DNA from: an uncultured Clostridia bacterium
Lineage (GTDB): Bacteria; Bacillota; Clostridia; TANB77; CAG-508
Length of the DNA: 64,000 nucleotides
Reading direction: 5' to 3'
Assembly: GCA_934153805.1 (NCBI GenBank)
Contig: CAKPFO010000002.1
Coordinates: forward strand, 26,419 to 90,418
Below the pieces are notes generated by a model, which saw nothing but the letters and a program-made list of their open reading frames with translations, was not told the DNA's origin and searched no databases. The translations under genes were made by a program, and so were the position numbers. The first letter of the stretch is position 1; every line of letters starts with the position of its first letter. This document shows positions 10,601 to 22,300 of the stretch, piece after piece.

Positions 10601-12007
10601 ATTATTATGTTCTAATTCCAATTCTCTTAACTTTGTCATCGTTGCTATTGCACTAACATCTGTTATGCTATTATTGTTTAACTTTAACTCTGTCAATCCT
10701 ACAAAATTTTCTAAACCTGAAATACTAGATATTCCTTTGTTTGATAAATCTAGTTCCTCCCATTGGTTTAATACTATTTTTGATAATTCTAGCATATGTG
10801 AGTTGTCATTATATGAGATTATTTCATTTCTAAAAATTTCCTTTAGTGCCAAATACAAGTTTTCATCTTCGAATTTTATATTTTTGGTATTCTTTTCTTC
10901 TGTTGCATTTATTACTCCTGAAATTTCTGTTTCTATATAATAATCTTCATATGAAACATAGAAAAATCCTTTATCTCCCCAACTTTCTCCCCATGAGTTT
11001 ACACATATATATGCTCCATCACTTTTAGGTCTATTATTTTCAGGAAAATTTTCTTTAGAATAATTGTCATCCCAGCCAATAATATCTATAGCATGCAGTT
11101 TATCCCCTGGTATATCCTCATATTTTTTAGTAGAAAACAAAGTATGTGTTTTACTGTCATATACATCTGCATGACCTGGATTTTCTACTACTGCATACAA
11201 AGCTCCATTTTCCATTATTTGTTTCTTCACTTTATTACGGAAAAGAGATAATTCTTCTTGTGTATATTGTTTCTTTTCCTTATCAATTGTAGGGAAATCT
11301 ATTACATCTTCTACATATGCCTCTATATTGCGCGACATCAAATATTCATATTGTTCATCTTCATATACCTCATCATATGGTACTTCACTTTCTAATACCG
11401 GTCCATAATTTTTCATAAGATATCTTGCAACACGTTGAAAAGACCCTCCTGAATGAAGCTTTCTTCCATCTTGTATAAACTCATCTGACATTACATAATC
11501 TACATGTAATTCTGAAAGATCCTTCTCTATGCCTTTTAATGCTAAATTTGTTTCTATAGTTTTTAAGCTTGCAAAATTCCAACAATTTCCATAACTTTTT
11601 TGATCTCTAATTGGAATATTTATCACATCACGTAAATCATATGAACTTGGAATACTGCTTGTACTTCTTTCATTATTAGTAGCACTTACAATTGTTCTAG
11701 ATTTTCTTGATGTATTTTTATTGGTTTCTTCATACAAGCTGTCTAAAGGTATGTCATACTTTCTTGGTATAACCTCTACTTTTGCTTTTTCTTCATCACT
11801 TAAAGCTAAATATGCTTTATACGCTTCACTATATTCTTTTTCATTCTCATCTTGGTTATTCTGTTCTACACTGCCTGTTTGTTTTATAGCATACTCATTT
11901 TTTTGTGTTGATTCTTCTGTTTGTGCATTTATTGGTATACTTCCTAAAACTGTTGTACATAACATTATTAGTATTATGATGTTAGCTAATATTCTTTTTA
12001 TTTTCAT
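7649..12007 (-). CDS. Secreted papain-like (C1 family) cysteine peptidase fused to two leucine-rich-repeat blocks, Ig-like spacers and a C-terminal type-I-like dockerin
   Basis: Signal peptide MKIKRILANIIILIMLCTTVLGSIPINAQ. Catalytic Cys in QKSYGNCWNFASL (Cys142, nt 11582-11584), His in LHAIDIIGWDD, Asn/Trp box in VNSWGESWGDKGFFYVSYE. About 22-aa LRRs follow (LDLSNKGISSISGLENFVGLTELKLNNNSITDVSAI...). The C-terminus GDIDGDGRVRSKDLMLLINHL...AADVLDEGNDRIRSNDLNELYKIL is a duplicated Ca-binding dockerin segment (about 7652-7846). RBS GAAGGGG. Confidence 0.85.
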   Translation of the reverse strand: MKIKRILANIIILIMLCTTVLGSIPINAQTEESTQKNEYAIKQTGSVEQNNQDENEKEYSEAYKAYLALSDEEKAKVEVIPRKYDIPLDSLYEETNKNTSRKSRTIVSATNNERSTSSIPSSYDLRDVINIPIRDQKSYGNCWNFASLKTIETNLALKGIEKDLSELHVDYVMSDEFIQDGRKLHSGGSFQRVARYLMKNYGPVLESEVPYDEVYEDEQYEYLMSRNIEAYVEDVIDFPTIDKEKKQYTQEELSLFRNKVKKQIMENGALYAVVENPGHADVYDSKTHTLFSTKKYEDIPGDKLHAIDIIGWDDNYSKENFPENNRPKSDGAYICVNSWGESWGDKGFFYVSYEDYYIETEISGVINATEEKNTKNIKFEDENLYLALKEIFRNEIISYNDNSHMLELSKIVLNQWEELDLSNKGISSISGLENFVGLTELKLNNNSITDVSAIATMTKLRELELEHNNITDATAIINLEKIYMLNLGYNNISSVECAKNKTGLLLLKLNNNSLTDVSELKNIKTKYGYELDLSGNTNLTGLEKLEPGEIDLINLSDCNLDDTIIPILQKLKIGNIELRNNNIVDAWNLCTIPNLDLDLSGNKNIDPILIPTNGTSLKVANCNISNLENFAEDFNGYNLDLSDNPIDDSQLQYIKNNSIRYLYINNTNIKDVSELTNIEGLYIDGNKNVTGVENLTQLKYLSMNDCGLTDLNFMQNLTNLSIVYMNSNKLTNTDGIKELSNITKLYMEKCELEDINFLEKLINVSELYLDNNNIANIEVLSNLKKLWILYMNNNKIQDISSLSNLESLSILSINKNKINNLALSHKGRLYEVYADDNGITNIDNKYLKYTESAKNQKIEINKQIQLNVKTEFELPNLFKTLNKNRYVDKTSITTKNCTIDYNNGLIEIEPHTLGTLEAVITIENGIFKGTEYKINCNVVSKLDILGLKVLSDEIYTEGDKFNKDTLKVYYQYLDGGLQEITDYTKVKVQDVQNLTKGQTIAIEYKGYTLNYEPQIYGKDETVTILCKEDRFYDTVYARTAQADLEYKDSILYKSKDLLKMVVNINRIDEIEDITIGEKVVDITGISKLYNLNEVNINYSDVEDITEIGNLQNLKSLYVYNSKKIADIQALKNNSNLAEVFLNGCSVRDISPLKDLPKLESVDIGNTEITDISCLENNKNIKMLDIWDISKIANIGKLLDNRNLETQIICQFDVNDLTVIDEKIMLPQYMQVAMEQDDIDDKRLGIYEIDENGNIDYSTGKNGTILQDSEGQRYISKQIFDGDNIKIAKLYASSGDYRYNMYCTIKSEASEVYTNMPIKQIDGKECITTLNGQNNKVGDVLVQANFPNTKYSTVAKDKNGKTLANTDKLGTGSTIELKDNANNIVKTYYIVISGDIDGDGRVRSKDLMLLINHLSGKNEITDKLQRKAADVLDEGNDRIRSNDLNELYKILSR

Positions 12008-12164
12008 TTTTGCAACCCCTTCATTTTCCCTTTTTATCCTTATATTATATATTATAATTAAAGAAAATATATTTCGTCAATGTCTATTTTCTACTGACTT
12101 ATACGGTTTTGCTCTTTGTATTTACGGAAGTTTCTCTTTTTTCTTTAATATTAAATTTATATTA

Positions 12165-12197
12165 CAAAAAAACACATCTTAATTGATGTGTTTTTTG
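12165..12197 (-). terminator. Rho-independent terminator downstream of the cohesin-LPQTG gene
   Basis: ACACATC (12172-12178) / GATGTGT (12185-12191) stem flanked by A- and T-runs. Confidence 0.55.
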
Positions 12198-12218
12198 TAA
12201 ATATTATATTTTCTTTTA

Positions 12219-13124
12219 TTATTTTATATTCAAATTTCTATATTTTATAAATGTTACTACGGCAACAGACATTACAAATATAATTGCTATTATCATTCCA
12301 AAGGCTTCCCCTCCTGTTTGTGGTAATCTTCCTGTGCTTTGGGTATTTTCTTTTTTTCCGTTATTGTTTGTATTTGATGTAGTATTTGTTCCATTTACTT
12401 TATTTGCTCCTGGTACTGTGTTTGTATTTGGTGTTGTATTTGTTCCTGGTACTGTGTTTGTATCTGGCATTGTATTTGTTCCTGGCACTGTGTTTGTATC
12501 TGGTGTTGTATTTGTTCCCGGTACTGTATTTGTATCTGGTGTTGTATTTGTTCCCGGTACTGTGTTTGTATCTGGTGTTGTATTTGTTCCTGGTATTGTG
12601 TTTGTATCTGGTACTGTACCTCCACCTGTACTTGCATTTTCAATGGTAAGGTCTATTGATAATTCATTTGTCCCATTCATTTCTATTGCATTATATGCAT
12701 CTGAACAATCTATATCTCTAATTTTAAAATTAGATTTATTACTGCTTGGTATTGCTTTTAATTTAAATCTTACTTGTAAAACATCTCCTGAAGGCATATC
12801 TGTTAATCTATCTACTATAAACTTTTTAGTAGTTACATCGTACATTGGGTTTCCCCAAGAATTTAAATTATCTATAGCTATATATTCAAATATATTTTCA
12901 TCATATACTAATTGCCCTGCAGCTATATTAATTCCTGTGCTACCATTAATTGATGTTAGACTTAATTTAACAGTTACTGTGTCTCCTATATTATATTTTG
13001 TAGTAGAATCTACTTGTTCTAATTTCATTGTTCCTGTTGGATCTACTGCATTACTAATATTTGTTACTGTTAATATTAATAACATTAATACGCTAACCAT
13101 TACTATTTTAAATACATTTCTCAT
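12219..13124 (-). CDS. Sortase-anchored (LPQTG) cell-wall protein with one cohesin-like module and a Thr/Pro/Asn-rich stalk
   Basis: Start moved to ATG 13124 (MRNVFKIVMVSVLMLLIL, RBS GAGGAGG 7 nt upstream) instead of the track start at 13163. The module at about 12639-13031, ...YNIGDTVTVKLSLTSINGSTGINIAAGQLVYDENIFEYI...GDVLQVRFKLKAIPS..., matches the cohesin pattern (G.tV.V.v......gi......l.YD...le). Next comes a (PDTNTVPGTNTT)n stalk. The C-terminal LPQTG (12312-12326) plus hydrophobic helix plus KYRNLNIK is a classical sorting signal. Confidence 0.75.
   Translation of the reverse strand: MRNVFKIVMVSVLMLLILTVTNISNAVDPTGTMKLEQVDSTTKYNIGDTVTVKLSLTSINGSTGINIAAGQLVYDENIFEYIAIDNLNSWGNPMYDVTTKKFIVDRLTDMPSGDVLQVRFKLKAIPSSNKSNFKIRDIDCSDAYNAIEMNGTNELSIDLTIENASTGGGTVPDTNTIPGTNTTPDTNTVPGTNTTPDTNTVPGTNTTPDTNTVPGTNTMPDTNTVPGTNTTPNTNTVPGANKVNGTNTTSNTNNNGKKENTQSTGRLPQTGGEAFGMIIAIIFVMSVAVVTFIKYRNLNIK
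12398..12618. repeat. About six tandem copies of a 36-bp unit encoding the PDTNTVPGTNTT stalk
   Basis: The unit tgtatttgttcctggtactgtgtttgtatctggtgt recurs head to tail with point differences. This explains the spurious repeat-frame ORFs 12386-12649(+) and 12395-12643(-). Confidence 0.85.
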
Positions 13125-13260
13125 TTGTTTTCCTCCTCGCATAAATCTATATAAATTATACATGTTTATTTATAATTATGCAAGTGAAATTTTTAACATT
13201 TTTGTCACTTTTTGTGTTTTTTATTATATGGATACAATTATATTAAAACATTTAATTTAA

Positions 13261-13294
13261 AAGGCTACCGAAAATTAATTTTTTCGATAACCTT
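13261..13294 (-). terminator. Probable terminator after the 4998-aa gene
   Basis: AAGGCTACCGAAAA / TTTTCGATAACCTT imperfect stem directly 3' of the stop at 13309. The trailing T-run on the minus strand is short. Confidence 0.45.
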
Positions 13295-13308
13295 TCATCT
13301 TTTATTGT

Positions 13309-16300
13309 CTAGTTTATGGTGCTGCTAACATAAATTTGTTTTGCTTTATTTACATCCAATGTCTTTATTTCACCGTCATCATTTATATCTGCTGCCAAAT
13401 AATATGCTCCTGTTAAGATATTAGTACCTATTCTATGTTGTTTAATTTTATTTATATCTAATGTCTTTACTTGTCCATTTCCTGTTATGTCACCTATTAC
13501 TGATATTTCTTTTTCTATTTGCTCTGTTCCCTTTGTTGCTACAATCTTCATACCAGTTCCAACAAGGCTTGTATTACTTACTGCATTTCCATTTTTGTCG
13601 TATACAACCATTGTTCCGTTAGATTCCATATTTGCTAAGAAGTCTGCAACCGTTGTATTACTATTAACTCTTTCTACATAGTCATCTGAAACTCTATATG
13701 TATCAGATTTTAGGTATAATGGTGTGCTTATGTCTCCAGAGCTACTTGCTGCTGCATATAGTAAGCATAATTCCAACGATGTTGACGATGTTGTTTGTTT
13801 TACTAGATTACTTCCAGCAATTACAGTTGCATCTTTAACATATTTATCTCCATAAATAGTTGCTACATCAACTTTTACTTCTTGTGTATCTTTTATGCTA
13901 TTTTTTCCACTTGGAACTTGTTCTTCTTGTATTGAAATTACAAAGTCTGTTACATTTGGAATATCTAATCCTCTTAAAACTATCTGCCCATTAGCATCTA
14001 TATTCTTACTAATTGCATATCCATTTATTGTAACTTTATATTTAGCATTTGTATCAGTAATCATATTTCCTGTATCATTGTCCATTACATTAATCTTCAA
14101 AGAATATTTATTCTTTTCTTTCTTACTTTCAAAAGTAATTCTTACTGTATCTGTAGCTGGATCATAGACTGCTCCTACTCCATACGCATTTGTTATTGTT
14201 ATAGTTCCACTATTAGTGTCTCTACTTAATTCTACATATGTAGTATTATTGTTTATTTCATAACCACTTCCTGCTAGAGTATTGCTTATATCTATTCTTA
14301 TATCTCCTGCACCATTTACTGGTGTTATTGTTGGTATATATCCAGTAGCATCTGTACTTTGATCTGTTATTGCTAATGCTGATGCTCCTATAGTTTGTGT
14401 TATGTTTATATCAAACATTGCATTTTCTATTGGTATAGATGTATCATCTCTATCAACATTGATTAGTTCTATTCTATATGGAGGTACTCCTATATCTTTT
14501 TGTTTGTCTGTAATTTTTATTTTTGCATATTTTTCTTTTTGTTCCATTACTTGTAGTCCTGTACTTTCCATTATATTTTTTATATTTCCAGTTGATGTAT
14601 CTGATTGTACATATATTGTTCTTACTGTGCTATCTAATTCATATCCACTTGGTGCTTTTGTTTCCTCTAAAGTATACGCAATAGGCGAACTACTAAATAC
14701 CTTATCTAATGCAAAGTATACAATACCATTGTTATCAGATTCTTTAAGCATTTCTTCTCCTGTTGCTGTATTTGTTAGTTTGTATTCTGCACCTTGTATT
14801 TTTATTTTTTCATTGTTTTCATCAACTTTTTCAAATGCAAGTCCTATTTTTTCTAATCTATTTTCTATAGTTATATCAATAGATTTGGTATTATTATCAA
14901 TATTCCATAATGAGTCATCATTGTTACTTACAACCTTTTGTAGTGAATCATTTAATTTTGTTACTTCATATGTGTACTTACCATTATTAGCACTTATTTC
15001 ATATCCACTTGGTGTTAGTGCTTCTATTACATCAATTTTTATCGTTCCACTACCAACCAAATTATTTATTACTATTTTTCCATTTGTGTCTGTTTTACCT
15101 GTTTTATATATTGCATTTCCTACTTCAGGTACAACTTTTACTTGGAATAATACATCTTTTAATTTTATATTATGGTCGTTTTCATCAACTTTTGTTATTG
15201 TAATTGAATATGGTTTTACATACTCTTCTAATTTGTTTGTAACTTTAATATGCATACTATTTTCTGTTGAGTCTATTATTTCTGCATTTTTTTCTCCACT
15301 TGTCATGACAATAGTTTGGATTTTTCCTTGTTCATTAATGTATGCATCTATAATTATAGGATCGATTGCTTGATATTCATATATTTTAGTTTCTTCAAGC
15401 ATTAACAATACACTCTTATCGGCATATTTATTATCTAGTTTTAATTCTATTCTACCTGCATCGTCTGTTTTAAATTTTCCTAATTCTTCAACATTTGCTG
15501 TTCCTTTTTCTTGAATTTTGACTGTAAATTCCATTCCTAAAATAGCATTACCACTTTCATCTACTTTGTCCACATTTAGATAAAGTACAGGATCGTTAGT
15601 TATCGTTATTTCAATTTCTTTTGTGTATTTATTATAAGTTACCTTTACACCATTAGAATCTACATTTTCTACTTTTAAAAGAATATCATCTGGATCTGTT
15701 TTATCTAAAGTTACATCAAATGCAACTTCAATTGGTGAATTTAGCTTATCTTCTTTATATCCACTTGGTACAGCAGTTTCTGTTATACTTAGTTTGACAT
15801 TTCCTTCATATTTTAACTTTTTAAAGTCTATTACACCACTATCAACTATATGTGTTCCTACTACATCATCTTGTGTTGTTAAATTTGTTAACGATTCTAC
15901 GTTATTTGAATTATTTTCAATGTTTATATCAAATATTGCTCCGTTAACTCTTAAGCCTGTATTAGAATCTTCTTTTGCAACTTTAATTGTATAGAAATCA
16001 TTATTTCCATATCCTATAATTGCATTCATTGTTAATCCTGTATATCCTGTTCCTGTTAATAGTCTTGATGATATTCCATTTAGGCTAGTAATATTACCCT
16101 TACTATCAAATTCTACAACTAAACGAACTTTTCCTATTTGGTTGAATCCTGTTGCAGAAGTTGGTGTTGTTATTGTATATATTACTTTCTTGCCCGCAAA
16201 GTCATAGGTTTTTCCTAAATCTATTGTTGTAATTCCATCTATACTTGTATATTCATTTCCACCATTATAGCTGATTTCATTAGTAGTTGATGCTAATATT

Positions 16301-19300
16301 GTATCTTCATCATCTGTTTTTTCTCCATATTGAGCTTTTACAATATGTGTAGCATTAAGTGCTGGATCAAATGTTTCTGCATCTACATCTATTATATTAA
16401 GTGTCAAATTATTATCATTGTATAAATATACAGTTACTATACCAGTTTCGCTATCTATTTCATATTCTAAATTATCTGTACTATCATTAAATGTTATTTG
16501 ATATACGTCTGTTCTCTTGTTTATTGATATATAACCAGAGTTTACTGTATTTCTAGATATGCCAGTTGGTACATTCGTTTGATTAAAGTAGAATTTTATT
16601 GTACCACTTGCATCAACATTCTCTATTGTTGCAATACCATCTATGTTTGTATTAACTGTCGCATTTTTTATTATTCCGCTTACATCTTCTACTGACATTG
16701 TAATTTCAGAGTCTTTTATTGGTTCTTTAGTATTATTTTGTAAGTTTACAATTTTAAATGTCACTCTATCGTCATTTACAATATTTAGTTTTATATGTAC
16801 AACTTCCTTTGTAGCTTCCATTTTTAATAAATCACTTGTTGCAACTTCTACATTAACATTACTTGGAACTTTTACTGGAGTATATGATATAACTCTTCCA
16901 CTATTGTCAAAGTATACTCTTATTACTGTATCTTCTACTTTTCTGTATCCGGCTGGTGCTTGAACTTCTGATATTGTATATTCCATTACTTTATTTATTG
17001 GTAAATTTCCAAAGTATTGAACAATTTCTCCAGCATCATTTGTAGCTTTTGTAATTCCATTTACATCTGATGTAGATATATCTTTAGAAGATATTGTATA
17101 TTCAACACCTTTTATTATGTTGCCATTTACATCTTTCTTCTCAATTCCTATTCCCATCTCAGATTCTACTTTAGTGTTTAATTCTATACCTCTTAATTTA
17201 GTATTAGTATATAATTTTTCACTATATTGCTCAGTTAAAGTTACATCTGATGTATTTATTACATATGTTCCAGTTTCAACAATAGTACCATATGCTCCAT
17301 ATTCTACTATAACACTAAATGAAGACATTGCTTTATATCCGCCTTTTGTTTCAATTTGAGTTACAGTGTATGTTACATGAGTATTTTCATATGCTTCATA
17401 TACAGGTATTGTAACACTTCCATTATCATCTGTCTTGTATGGTAATGTTGTTTCTACTCCTGACTTTTCATCTTTTATTTTAAACTGTAATCCTTCTACT
17501 CCACTGTTATATTGTTTGTCTATAGCATTTATTTTTACCATTAATATTGGTTTACTATGTATTTCCAAATTAATATTTGCTATAGTTTTTGAAGCTGTTT
17601 GGTTTGTTGTTCCTATGGTTAATATGTCTGTGTTTGTAGATGTTACATTTCCTATTGTTCCATCTGCTTTGTATTCTACTTTAAATTTAACATCATTTAT
17701 CTTTTGGTATCCTATTTGAGCTGTTGTTTGATGTATTGTATATTCTATTTCTTCTCCTGGATAGTACTTACCTAGTTTTTCTATTGCACTAGTAGTTCCT
17801 TTTATTGCATTAATTGTTATCTTTTCGCCTTTAGAAGATGTTATTTCGTAAGTTCCTGTTATTCGCTCTGTTCCGATATAGCTATCACTGTTTACTATTC
17901 CTACACTTGATTTTGCTCCACTTCCTAGCTCTATGTCTAACTTTCTTGTTCCTATTCCACCTAAAGTTATATTTTCTGTCAAGCTTGATGTATATCCTGA
18001 TATATAACCATTAGCATCATACATAACTGTAACAGTAAATGGGTCTAATGCTTCTATTGCATTATATCCTGATAGGCTATTTTCTGAAATATTGTATACT
18101 ACTGGTGTAGCCACATTTATTCTTCCCGCATCAGTTACACTAATCTTACCATTACCATCTGTTGATTGGTTTACATTATTTCTCATAGCTGTAGATGTAA
18201 TTTGCATACGTCTGCCTGTTATTGGAGCATTTGTTGCTGTATTTCTTCTTGTTACTTCCATTTGTATAACAGGTATATATTTTACTTTTATTTCTATAGC
18301 TAAGCCTGTTTTATATTCAACTTCTACTTGGCTATTTGAAGAACTTATTCCTGATGCATTTATATTTCCGTTAGAGTCAAAAGGTATTCTTATTAATGAA
18401 CTTATATTTCTAGAATCTTTATCATATCCAGTTAAATTATTTTGTACATCGATATCATAAATAAGTGTATTTCCAGCATATGTCGTTCCTAATGGAGAAT
18501 ATGCTACACCAGTTGAATCTGTTGTTAGGGTTAATTGTGTATTACTATATGTTGTTTCTTTTATTCTAACTGCTACTCCAGTTAATGGAATACTACTATC
18601 ATAAGCATCTTCTGCTTTTAAATAAATTTCAAAAATCTGTTTATTTTTTATTTCTAGCTCTACTTGATATGCATTCCAAGATTTTACTGAAACAACACTG
18701 CTGTCAGCATAACTAGAACCAGTTAGTGTATATGGTGCACTATCAATTATTCCATTTGAATCATAATGTACAACAAGTACAATATTTTTGTTTAATTTAT
18801 ATCCTCTATCCACACTTGTTTGTGTTAAAGTATATCTTATTGTTTGACTCTTAGGAACCGATTCTAATGTTGCAGTTGCCTCACCATCTGTAGTTACTAA
18901 TTGCATTGTAGATATATTATTTGCTGAAAGTTCATGTGTACTTTGCAATTTATCTTCACTGTTTCCATCTGATATATTTCTTAATTTTATAGTTGTTAAT
19001 GGGTTATTCTTTACAGTTATTTTTATTGTATAACTTCCTGTAGAATCTATAGTGTAAGCAACATTTTCAGTTGCAACACCACTTCCTCCTAAAGTAGTTA
19101 TTGCTGTTATTTTACCATTTACATCTATATTTAGTCTTATTTTTATTTGTCCTATTGTCAAGTAATTTCCTTGTACATTAGATTGAGAAATTGTTAATAT
19201 TGGATTAGATTTTGTTAGTTTTCCAAAATTTAGTACTCCTATTCCATCTGTTGAATCTGTTGTCATTGATGCACTTTGTCCAGAAGTTAAATATGCATTA

Positions 19301-22300
19301 AAGTCTGCTTGAATTTTTTGAGAATTATTTAATATATTATAATTTTCAATTATAACTTTAAATTCCTCTACTTCTTCATATTTTACTTTTATATCTAAAT
19401 CAAATTTAGCTTCTTTATCTGATGTACTATTTATGTCAATATAATCATATCCTGCTGTAACAGTTTGACTTCCTGGTACTATTTGTCCATCTGTATCATA
19501 TGTTACTTTTATTTTTCCAATTACATTATTTTTATTAATTTCCTTATATCCTAAAGGTGCTCCTTTTTCAACAATTTGATATTCTATTGCCTTTCCAGCT
19601 TCTGGTTTACCTATTGCAGCATGTACTGTTCCAATTGTTTGAGTTATTACAGTATCTTTATTTGTAGTATTTGTTACTTGGCTTATTTCATACCTAGCTC
19701 CAATTAATCTTGTTCCACTGTCTTTATCTACTGCATCCACTCCTATTGTAAATAATGGACGTACTTTTATTTTTATTTCTAAGTCTGGTGTATCTGTTGT
19801 TGGTATAGTTATGTTTATATATTTTTTAACATCTTCAGACATATTTACAGATACAATTTTACCATTTGAATCATAATGAACTGTAAATTGTGCATCTGCA
19901 ACTTTATCATATTCTCTATTCATTGTGCTGTTAGATATTTTATATGTTACATCAAGGTCATTATAATATGGTCCTACATATAATGTTGCTTCTCCATTTG
20001 TTCCAGTAGTTTTTGTATCAGAATATATTGTTGTTTTTCCAACTTCTTCTATTTTAAATGTTGCTCCATCAATTAATACTGTATCAGACTCTGAATTGTG
20101 CGCAATTATTTTCATTTCTGTCTTTTTCTTGTTGGCATCTTTAAGTGTAAGAGTTCCTGTTCCTATGGTATTTGCTGTATCTATCTCAACATATCCATTT
20201 GTAGCAATAATTCTAGCATCTGTTATTAATCCCTCATCATCATATGTTACAGAAATTTGAATTGGCTTATCATTAATCATATATGTACTATCTACATTAG
20301 TTTGCTCAATATTAAACAATACTGTTTTTTCTTTATAGTTCTTATATGAACCTAAGTCAATTTCTCCATCTCCGTCTGCTACTGCTAACAAGCCCTTACT
20401 TGCACCGTCAATACTTACATTGTAAACTGCTGTTCCTATTTTTTGTGTATCATCTGCTTCATCTGTAACTTCTACTTGTACTAAATTTCTTAGTGCCGAT
20501 GTTGTATACATTTTTATTTCCATATTAGATTTATCTGATGTATCTCTTACTGTTGTTATTAAATCATACACATCTGGTATTGTAGCTGGAGTACATGATG
20601 CTATATCTCCATTATCATCAAATTCTACTGTTAAACTAACTGCTGAAACATCATTATAGTTTATAGGAGATTGCTCTTGTTTTATTGCATATGTAATTGT
20701 TTCTCCTTTGTATACTTCTCCTGAAAAGTTTATAACGCTTCCTGTAGAATTTGTTCCTGTTGTAGTATCATTTCTTTCATTTTTACTATTTAGAACTTCA
20801 AATTTATATCCGGATAAATCTAAACCTGATAACGTAGTATCTTCTACTTTTATTTTTATTCTAAATATTTCTGCTACTATTGTAAGATTCATATAATCAT
20901 TTCCAGCATTTGCACTAGAATTTGACTCTTCTATATATTTTCCTTCTATATCTGCTGTTTTTACTTTTGCATATCTATCAAACTCAATTTTTGCTGTTCC
21001 TCTTAATGTAAATTCATCTCCTGTTTCCTCATAAATTGCAAATGTTAAATTCTTAGATGTAGTATCTGTTTTTATTCCTATTGTATATCCTGTTGAAGTT
21101 ACTTTAGACATTCTCGTCTCTACTATAGTTTCTACTCCACTACCATCATCTTCTTTTACAACTGCTTTAAATGATTTTCCAGTTAATATATTTCCATCTG
21201 AATCTTTTCTATTTATGTTTATATTAAATTTAGGTTCTAGCTCATTTACTATTTTTAATTGTAATTGTTCGCTTCCTACTGGATTTCCAACAATTGTTAC
21301 AACATTTATAGTATTTCCTTTAGCATTAATTAATGTTTGTGGATTAATTATTTGTGGTAATGATACCATTTTTCCTTCTTCGTCATATACTACTTTTAGT
21401 ATAATATCATCATTCTTTTTATAAGAATTTGACGATTGTATCTCTTGTATTTGGAATATCATCGTTCTTAGAGCATGTGCATTATCAAATAGAATGCTTG
21501 TATTTCCATTTGTGTCTGTTACTGCTGAATATTTAATTTCATTTGTAACAAGAGTATTTTTTACATAATCATCTTCATCCCATACTGTTACTTTGTATTT
21601 TGTTCCTTCTAGTTTTACATTTTCATCATCAACATCTTCATTTACAATGTCAATATATGGCTTATCTTCAATCAATTTATTAACCATTGTTAAATCTATA
21701 GAACTTTTTTCAACATCTGTTGAAGATACATTATTTTGTTTTGTAATTAATAAAACTTTATCTCCTGCACCTGAAACTAAACTTGCATCTTTTACTTTTC
21801 CAGATTTATCAAATAATACTCTTACTTTTAAATCCTTTTGTGCTATATAGTTATCTGGCACATAATATTCATCTAATTTTATTTCTATTGCTTTACTATA
21901 ATAATTATATGTTGGTGTTTCTGGTAAATCTATTTTTATTTTCACATTACCATTATTATCTGTAAGAGCTGAACCACCTGTAAATACTTGTGTCATTGCT
22001 CCTGTTGTTGCATTATCTATTATTGATGTTGTTTCTTTTACTCTTACGCCTTTTAAACCTGCTCCTGCTTCATCTTGTTTTGTTAAATTTATTGCAAAAT
22101 TATATTTCATATCATTGTATATTGTATATTCAATGTCTGTATTGCTAGCTCCATCACAAATAGCATTTGATGGTGTACTTACTTCTGTAAATTCTATAAT
22201 GTTACCTTCATCATCTAATTTTGCTTTAAATTGTATTTGATTTGCAGAATTATCTATATAATTTTTGCTTCCATTTGTTGCCCCTGATGTTTGGAATAAT

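Noticed and set aside
12334-13260. 308-aa plus-strand ORF, and the 87- and 82-aa ORFs at 12386-12649 (+) and 12395-12643 (-)
   Set aside because: They lie antisense to, or out of frame with, the cohesin-LPQTG gene. They are open only because of the 36-bp tandem repeat and AT-biased codons. Their products are F/V/L/P low-complexity strings with no RBS.
14402-15373. Long plus-strand ORFs inside the giant minus-strand genes (for example 14402-15373, 24635-25603, 10203-10940, 23264-23725, 54317-54814)
   Set aside because: All are antisense shadows of repeat-rich, AT-rich coding sequence. Their translations are dominated by F, L, I, S and V, they lack RBSs and recognisable motifs, and each is fully nested in a well-supported gene.
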